Assembly: GCA_903933395.1 (NCBI GenBank)
Contig: CAIZKA010000082.1
Location: forward strand, 1 to 42,099
Source of the DNA: an uncultured beta proteobacterium
GTDB lineage: Bacteria; Pseudomonadota; Gammaproteobacteria; Burkholderiales; Rhodocyclaceae
Length of the DNA: 42,099 nucleotides
Reading direction: 5' to 3'
Shown here one piece after another: positions 30,164-36,295 of this stretch. The stretch's first letter is position 1; each line of letters opens with the position of its first letter. The position numbers and the translations under genes are program-made. Under the pieces are notes generated by a model. That model did not search any database. It was not told the origin of the DNA and saw nothing but the letters and a program-made list of their open reading frames with translations.

Positions 30164-31690
30164 TCAGTTTGGAAGGTCGGCATGCGCGACCATCTTGCGC
30201 ACGTCTTCCTTGCGAATCTTGCCCAGGGCGGTCTTCGGCAGGGCTTCGACGATGACAACTTCCTTGGGATGCTTAAAGCGGGCGATGCGGCCGTCGAGCA
30301 GCTTCAGCACCTGCTCGACGGTCAGTTTGCTGTCGGTCCTGGGCACCACCACGGCGACCACGATCTCGCCCCAGCGTGCGTCGGGGCGGCCGATCACCGA
30401 GGCTTCGGCAATGTCGGGTGATTCGATCAGCAGGTTCTCGATCTCGGCCGGGTAGATGTTCTCGCCGCCCGAAATGATCATTTCCTTGCTGCGGCCATCG
30501 ACGTAGAGATAGCCTTCCTCGTCCTGATGACCCATGTCGCCGGTATGGAACCAGCCGTCGACCAGCACCGCTGCGGTGGCTTGTGGCGCCTGCCAGTAAC
30601 CGCTCATGACGTTGTCGCCCTTGACCAGGAGTTCGCCCGTGACGCCGCGCGCCACGTCGCCGCCCCGGCTGTCGACGATCCGCAACTGGGTATGGATTGC
30701 CGCCTTGCCGGTGGAGCCGACCTTCCGCATCGCGTCGCCGACCTTGAGGTACACCGCAATCGGGCAGGTTTCAGTGGAGCCATACACCTGCACCAGCGGT
30801 ACGCCTTTGGCATGCACGGAGTGGATCACATGCAGCGGCACGATGGTCGAGCCGGTGGTGATCATGCGCAGGCTTGAAAAGTCGGCGCCGGCCCAACGGC
30901 GCTGCGCCATCATCATGTCCAGTTGCGCCGGCACCAGCACCGTCAGCGTGATGCCGTCCTGCTCGATGGCGTCGAAAGTGGTATCGGCGTCGAACTTCGG
31001 ATGCAGCACCACCGTACAGCCGGCGCGCAGGGCCGGCGTAGTCTGGTTGTTAAGCCCGCCGACATGGAAAAGCGGCAGGGTGGTGAGGATTACGTCGTCC
31101 GCCGTCAGGTCGTGCATGTCGACGCTGTTGTCTGCATTGCATTCCAGCGCACGTTGCGTCAGCACCACCCCCTTGGGCTTGCCGGTCGAGCCTGAGGTGT
31201 AGCAGATCAGCAGCGGGGTGTCGGCACCAGCCCGCGGGTCGGGCGGTATCGGCCCCTTGGCACGACTGCAAAATTCGGCCCAGGAAAGCCAGCCGGCGCC
31301 GGCGTCGCCGAAGCTGACCAGGGTCGCTGCGCCCAGCGCGCCGCGGAAGGCGTCGGTCTGGGCCACAAACGGCGGCTCGACGAAGAGCAGCGACGGCGGG
31401 CAGTCGTCCAGCATCTGCTTGTGCTCGGGTGCCGCCAGCCGCCAGTTGAGCGGCATGAACAAGGCGTCGAGGCGGGCACAGGCGAAAAGCAGGGCCAGCA
31501 TTTCCGGGCTGTTGAAGCCGAGGTAGGCGACGCAACTGCCGTGCTTGATCCCGCTGGCTGCCAGTGCCGCCGCAATGCGGTCGACCAGCGCCCCCAGTTG
31601 CGCATAGGAAACGTCGCGCCCTGGAAAACGAATGGCGGCCTTGTCAGGCGTAAGCCCGGCGTTGTGCGCTATCCAGTCGCCCAGCTTCAT
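30164..31690 (-). CDS. iaaB: AMP-forming CoA ligase, IaaB-like (indoleacetate-CoA ligase type)
   Basis: YTSGSTGKPKG, YGSTET, GWFHTGD, IISGGENIYPAEIE, LPKTALGKI. Confidence 0.82.
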   Translation of the reverse strand: MKLGDWIAHNAGLTPDKAAIRFPGRDVSYAQLGALVDRIAAALAASGIKHGSCVAYLGFNSPEMLALLFACARLDALFMPLNWRLAAPEHKQMLDDCPPSLLFVEPPFVAQTDAFRGALGAATLVSFGDAGAGWLSWAEFCSRAKGPIPPDPRAGADTPLLICYTSGSTGKPKGVVLTQRALECNADNSVDMHDLTADDVILTTLPLFHVGGLNNQTTPALRAGCTVVLHPKFDADTTFDAIEQDGITLTVLVPAQLDMMMAQRRWAGADFSSLRMITTGSTIVPLHVIHSVHAKGVPLVQVYGSTETCPIAVYLKVGDAMRKVGSTGKAAIHTQLRIVDSRGGDVARGVTGELLVKGDNVMSGYWQAPQATAAVLVDGWFHTGDMGHQDEEGYLYVDGRSKEMIISGGENIYPAEIENLLIESPDIAEASVIGRPDARWGEIVVAVVVPRTDSKLTVEQVLKLLDGRIARFKHPKEVVIVEALPKTALGKIRKEDVRKMVAHADLPN

Positions 31691-31694
31691 GCCG

Positions 31695-32903
31695 CTACTT
31701 CGCGTCGCAGACTTCGAGGACGACGGCCATGGCCGTGTCGCCCGCCGCGCAACCGGTGAACAGCCCGAAGCCGCCGCCCTTCAGCGCCAGTTCCTCGATC
31801 AGTTCGATGACGGAACGCGTACCCATCGGCGCCTGGGGATGGCCCCAGACCAGCGAACAGCCATAGTTGTTCATGGCCTTGAGGTCGGCACCGGTCTGCC
31901 TGGCAAAGAAGATGTCGTTCGCGGCGAAGGGATTGTGGGTTTTGATCGCCGCCATCTGAGCGATGCTGCGGCCGGCCTGTTGCAGTGCGCGCTGCGCCGC
32001 GGGCAGCATGGCCTCCGGCATGTAGGCCAGTTCCACGCGGGCCAGGCCGAAGCCGTGCAGGCGCACGGCAATCTTCGGGTTGGAGGAAAGTTCCTTCGCC
32101 TTGTCCGGCGTGGTGACCACGATCGCCGCGTTGCCGTCGGCCGGATGTGTCTGCGCGCCGAAGGTGACCACGCCGCCAGGTGTAACCGGTTTCAGTTTCG
32201 CCAGACCTTCGGGGGTCGATTGCGAGACGCCTTCGTCGCCGGCCATGGTGTTGGCCACCTTCTTGAAGTTGGGCGTCGGCACATCGAATGGCAGGGTCAT
32301 GAAGCGCCTGAGGAAGGCCGAGTCGTCGGCCTGGGACATGCGGTACTGTTCCTCGCGGCGCAGCACCAGTTCGTGCTGCTCCGCCGTGCCGATGCCGTGC
32401 TTCGCGGCGACGTTCTCCGCGGTCTGCAGCATGGTGTGGCCGCCAAGCGGATCGCAGTTGAAGTTTTCCATTACCCAGTCCTCGGCGGCGCCGGTGCCGC
32501 CGGGACCGCGCGGATTGGGGTAGTAGATGTGCGGCCCGTTCGAGGTGCGGTCGCAATTGATCGCCAGCGCCATGGTCGCCATGCCGGTTTCTATTTCCTG
32601 CGTGGCGGCGAGCAGGGTACGCACGCCGGTGGCGCAGGCCTGCATCATGGTCGGGCCGCCGGCGTTGGCGGCGCCGATCATGCCGGCGAGCCAGGGCAGG
32701 CCGTAGAAGGAATGTTTTTGCGGCACCGAAAGCCCCAGCGCGCCGTAGTCGAAATTCGTCGGGTCGATCTTGCGTTTGGCCAGTTCCAGCCTGGCGACGT
32801 GGGCGGCGAACTCGATGCTGTGCAGGTTGGCGAAGCTGCCCTGCCAGCGGGCGAAGGGGGTGCTCCAGTAGGCGCCGTAAGGAATTTCTGCTTTGTAGCT
32901 CAT
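31695..32903 (-). CDS. iaaA: Thiolase, IaaA-like
   Basis: QACATG, HPADGNAA, HNPF, GHPQAPMG, GCAAGD. First enzyme gene of the operon. Confidence 0.82.
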   Translation of the reverse strand: MSYKAEIPYGAYWSTPFARWQGSFANLHSIEFAAHVARLELAKRKIDPTNFDYGALGLSVPQKHSFYGLPWLAGMIGAANAGGPTMMQACATGVRTLLAATQEIETGMATMALAINCDRTSNGPHIYYPNPRGPGGTGAAEDWVMENFNCDPLGGHTMLQTAENVAAKHGIGTAEQHELVLRREEQYRMSQADDSAFLRRFMTLPFDVPTPNFKKVANTMAGDEGVSQSTPEGLAKLKPVTPGGVVTFGAQTHPADGNAAIVVTTPDKAKELSSNPKIAVRLHGFGLARVELAYMPEAMLPAAQRALQQAGRSIAQMAAIKTHNPFAANDIFFARQTGADLKAMNNYGCSLVWGHPQAPMGTRSVIELIEELALKGGGFGLFTGCAAGDTAMAVVLEVCDAK

Positions 32904-32986
32904 TTCGATTATCCGGCTAGGCGAGGCATTTGGTCTTCCGGTCCGGATCTGTGCGCCGCGCCGGCAATGGGTGGCAAGGAACGGTT

Positions 32987-33694
32987 CTAGCCGGCGGCGG
33001 CACTCTGTTCCGACTTTTTTTCCTGGTCGATCTGTTCGATGGCGGTGATGAGAAAGTGCCTGGCCGCTTGGAGGTGCTTGTGCATCGCCGTGGCGGCAGC
33101 GTCGGCATCGCGTTTCCTGAATGCGGCATGGATGTTCTTCATGCCGGTCAGGGCCGTTTTCCTGGCGCCCGCGTCACCCAAAGTCAGGACACGCAGAAAG
33201 CGGACGTGGCCGACATACTGGTCGAGAAGTTTCGACATCCGCCGGTTCGGAATCAGCGCGCGCCAGGCGTTGTGAAAGCGGCTGTTGGCTTCCAGGAATG
33301 CGCGGAAGTCGCCGCTTTTCTCCGCCGCGGCGGCATCCTCGATCGCCGAGGCCATGCTGGCGAGATCGGCGGGGCCGGTGACTTCGGCGACGGCGATGCT
33401 GACCGCGGCGGGTTCCAGCAGGAAACGCAGCTGGTAGATCTCCTCGACGTCGGCATCGGTCAGTTCGGGAACCACGAAACCCCGTCCCTCCACGGCGATC
33501 ATGCCTTCACTTTCGAGCCGCGCCAGTGCTTCGCGCACAGGGGTGCGCGAGACGCCAAGCTGCGCGGCGAGGCTGACTTCCTGCAGGCGTTCGCCGGGAC
33601 GGATCTGGTGGCTGCCGATGTTGTCGCGCAACTGGTGATAAACGCGGTCGGCCAGTCCGGCAGGTCGTTCCAGGGGCTTGATGGACATGTTCAT
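32987..33694 (-). CDS. iaaR: GntR family (FCD) transcriptional regulator, IaaR-like
   Basis: PGERLQEVSLAAQLGVSRTPVREAL HTH; FCD domain (EIYQLRFLLE, NSRFH, MHKHL). Confidence 0.85.
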   Translation of the reverse strand: MNMSIKPLERPAGLADRVYHQLRDNIGSHQIRPGERLQEVSLAAQLGVSRTPVREALARLESEGMIAVEGRGFVVPELTDADVEEIYQLRFLLEPAAVSIAVAEVTGPADLASMASAIEDAAAAEKSGDFRAFLEANSRFHNAWRALIPNRRMSKLLDQYVGHVRFLRVLTLGDAGARKTALTGMKNIHAAFRKRDADAAATAMHKHLQAARHFLITAIEQIDQEKKSEQSAAAG

Positions 33695-33732
33695 GGCAGA
33701 ATGAAATGCACTGTTGCACTCGCGTCACGGAA

Positions 33733-33770
33733 TACTGGATACTGTATACGCAGTACATTGCGAGTGTCAA
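33733..33770 (-). promoter_or_regulatory. Sigma-70 promoter with overlapping GntR-type operator
   Basis: Minus strand TTGACA-N18-TACAGT (33770-33741). Palindrome TACTG-TATACG-CAGTA at 33740-33755 and 7-bp-spaced ATAC repeats. Confidence 0.65.
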
Positions 33771-33870
33771 TAGCCACGGGTGGCAATCCATGAGTCTTAA
33801 CGTGAAACAACTTGCTCGGAGCGGCGGGTAATGGTCGAGCGAAGCGAGCCGATCAGTAGCCCCCCGAGAG

Positions 33871-33942
33871 GGGCGAGGCGGGGTTTCGCAACGCATGCGG
33901 TGCGCCGCCGCAGCCGGCTGGCTGTGCAAAGCCAGCCGTGGG
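33871..33942 (+). repeat. Structured intergenic element, copy 1 (unknown family)
   Basis: GGGGTTTCGCA...TGCGCC..AGC-CGGCTGGCT-GTGCAA-AGCCAGCCG-TGGG, homologous to the reverse complement of 39360-39433. Confidence 0.7.
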
Positions 33943-34017
33943 CCGCGCAGCGGATGGGGGGGCGGGCCTTCAATTCACCTTTAACGGATTCATGGTACGG
34001 CGGTGGTCTTGGCGACC

Positions 34018-35085
34018 ATGCAAGTTAACCTTGATGATCTGGCGCAGCGGGTCGGCGCCGGAGAACGGCCGGCTCTGGCGCGGGCGCTGTCGCTGGCCGA
34101 GCGCGATGCGGAATCCGGCGCCGCGCTGATCGCCCGCCTGGCGCAGCGACTGGGCCGGGCGCATGTGGTCGGCATCACCGGCCCGCCGGGCGCGGGCAAA
34201 TCCACCCTGGTCGGCGCCCTGGTGCGGCGGTTCTTGCAACTGGGACAGCGTGTAGCGGTACTGGCGGTCGATCCCTCCAGCCCGGTGACGGGCGGCGCGC
34301 TGCTGGGCGACCGTTTTCGCATCGGCGAATGCGCCGATGATGGCCGCTGCTTCGTCCGTTCCACGGCGACGCGCGGCAGCCTTGGCGGCCTTACTGCGGC
34401 CGCGAGGCAGATGGTGCAACTCATGGATGCCGCCGGCTACGAGCTGGTGCTGGTGGAAACAGTTGGCACCGGCCAGTCCGAGATCGATGTCGCGCGGATT
34501 GCCGACTCGCTGCTGGTGATCTTTCCGCCGGGGCTCGGCGACGAGTTGCAGGCGATCAAGGCCGGCATCCTCGAACTGGCGGATTTGCTGGTGGTGACCA
34601 AGAGCGATGTGGCCGGCGCCGCCCTGGCCCGGCAGTCCTTGCAGAGCGCGGCTCACATGTGGCGCAAGGCGCCGCCGATTCACGGGGTCAGCGCGCTCTC
34701 CGGCGAGGGCGTCGCGGCGCTGGCGGATGCGGTTCTCGATCGGGCACGCAGCGGCGGGTCATCCGCGCGACCGGATCACGGCGCTCTGCAGGCAAGGGCG
34801 TATCCGCTCGCCGAGCGCTTCGAGAACCTCTGGCGCGAAGTCGGGCGCCGCCTGCCTTTGACGGCGACGGCAAGCCTGTCGGTGGAAATGCTGGAGCCCG
34901 AGGCGGGCGACTCATCTTCCGGCTTGAGAGTCCGGGTCAGGCAGGGGGACGGCGGCAGCGTCTTCCAACTCGGTGCCTTAGCGGGAGCGCTGGCGTTTGC
35001 GGAAGCTAGCGGCCTGCGTTGCCGCATCGAAGGATTCGACGCCGCCGACGGCACCCTCGAATTGCGGCTCGATGCTTCTTTCTGA
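34018..35085 (+). CDS. meaB: MeaB/ArgK family GTPase (B12-mutase chaperone, IaaQ-like) with atypical C-terminal domain
   Basis: GITGPPGAGKST, AVDPSSP, GGALLGDR, ETVGTGQSE, GDELQAIKAGILE, TKSD. Divergent from the mutase operon. Confidence 0.9.
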   Translation: MQVNLDDLAQRVGAGERPALARALSLAERDAESGAALIARLAQRLGRAHVVGITGPPGAGKSTLVGALVRRFLQLGQRVAVLAVDPSSPVTGGALLGDRFRIGECADDGRCFVRSTATRGSLGGLTAAARQMVQLMDAAGYELVLVETVGTGQSEIDVARIADSLLVIFPPGLGDELQAIKAGILELADLLVVTKSDVAGAALARQSLQSAAHMWRKAPPIHGVSALSGEGVAALADAVLDRARSGGSSARPDHGALQARAYPLAERFENLWREVGRRLPLTATASLSVEMLEPEAGDSSSGLRVRVRQGDGGSVFQLGALAGALAFAEASGLRCRIEGFDAADGTLELRLDASF

Positions 35086-35118
35086 CCGCCGGAGGGCGAA
35101 AAGTCGGCGCCGGCGGTA
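35085..35118 (+). terminator. Hairpin between convergent genes
   Basis: ACCGCCGG...CCGGCGGT inverted repeat right after the meaB stop. No U-tract. Confidence 0.3.
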
Positions 35119-35181
35119 CGGCGCGTATCGATCAGGACGGGGGCCGCTCGCGCGACACCCCGCCGATGTCAATTCCGGGGC

Positions 35182-35862
35182 TTATTTCTCCGCAAAGCAA
35201 TAGAACAGGCCATCGCCGCCGGTGGGACGAATTTTCTCCATGCTGCAGCCGAGCGTCGGGTGGGATGAGTTCCAGGAAACGGCCCATGGCGCGTTGAGGG
35301 GGCCGGCGCGATCGAAATGGCCGGTCATTGCCGATCCATCGGACCCGCTCCTGGTCCAGTTGCCGCAGGTCATATCCGGAAACTGGGCACCGGGAAAGGC
35401 CGTTCCGTCGGGGCGCGAGCCGGTCAGTATGTCGTGCTTGTTGGGCTTTTCCGTGCGGCCGTTGACGGCCTGGCCCTTTTCGTCCAATGCCGTCAGTTTC
35501 GTCAGGTTGCTGCTGGGCGAGTGCAAGTCGTCCACGCTGCGCGCGATTACTTCACCCTTGGCGTTCTGCCAGGGGCCCATGCCGATCCTGTCCCGCGCAT
35601 TGACGAAGTTGGTGTCGGGCAATGTCGCGCCCTGGGTGCTCAGGTAGGCGCGCCAGATGCGTGTACCGCCACCGGCAGCCGTTGCCAGCGACTGGCAGTA
35701 CCGGTCGGCCCCCTCGAGGCCGCCAAGATCTCCGCCTTTGCCGGGACCGGCGCTGGTCACGAAGAAGGTCATTTCCCTGGGGCCCGGCGGAATGCTTGCG
35801 CAGCCGCCCATGCCAACTACGCCGGCCATGGCCAGCCCTGCGATTCTCACCACCTTCTGCAT
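35182..35862 (-). CDS. Lipoprotein with endostatin/C-type-lectin-like fold
   Basis: Start MQKVVRIAG at 35862 after AAGGAG; lipobox-like MGGC. FFVTS, GDLGGLEGADRYCQSLA, WRAYLS, ARDRIG.GPW.N, terminal LFYCF. Confidence 0.75.
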   Translation of the reverse strand: MQKVVRIAGLAMAGVVGMGGCASIPPGPREMTFFVTSAGPGKGGDLGGLEGADRYCQSLATAAGGGTRIWRAYLSTQGATLPDTNFVNARDRIGMGPWQNAKGEVIARSVDDLHSPSSNLTKLTALDEKGQAVNGRTEKPNKHDILTGSRPDGTAFPGAQFPDMTCGNWTRSGSDGSAMTGHFDRAGPLNAPWAVSWNSSHPTLGCSMEKIRPTGGDGLFYCFAEK

Positions 35863-35894
35863 CACTTTCTCCTTCCGGATCTGTTTGGTTTGCC

Positions 35895-35922
35895 CAAAGG
35901 AAACGGGGACCGCGGTCCCCGT
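35895..35922 (-). terminator. Rho-independent terminator after the dodecin gene
   Basis: Perfect 20-bp palindrome ACGGGGACCGCGGTCCCCGT (35903-35922), followed on the minus strand by TTCCTTT. Confidence 0.6.
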
Positions 35923-35952
35923 GGGCGCAATCAGGATCACCTCCGTGCGGCG

Positions 35953-36180
35953 TCAGTCTTCGTACTTGAAGGACATCGAGACGCGGGCGCGGTAGGCGAC
36001 GACCTTGCCGTCGTCGATCTTCATGTCGAGTTTGGTGATCTCGGCCACGCGCAGGTCGCGCAGGGTCTTCGCCGCCGACTCGATGGCCGAGCGTGCGGCG
36101 TCTTCCCAGGACGTAGTGCTGGAACCTATAACCTCCACGATCTTGTAGACGGGATTATCGTTTTTCGCTTTCTTTGCCAT
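35953..36180 (-). CDS. Dodecin family protein
   Basis: Start MAKKAK at 36180 after GGAGG. VYKIVEVIGSSTTSWEDAA...YRARVSMSFK; 75 aa. Confidence 0.85.
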   Translation of the reverse strand: MAKKAKNDNPVYKIVEVIGSSTTSWEDAARSAIESAAKTLRDLRVAEITKLDMKIDDGKVVAYRARVSMSFKYED

Positions 36181-36295
36181 GGTCACCTCCTGTGTGTGAG
36201 TAATTGCGCTGCGCTTTTCTGTCAGCCCGGTCATCATAGCCCAAACGAATGGGACGAAACCTTACCGGCAGCGGATGGCAGCGGGACGCCTGACC

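Noticed and set aside
33740-33755. TACTG...CAGTA resembling a LexA SOS box
   Set aside because: Spacing is CTG-N6-CAG rather than CTG-N10-CAG; better explained as a GntR operator.
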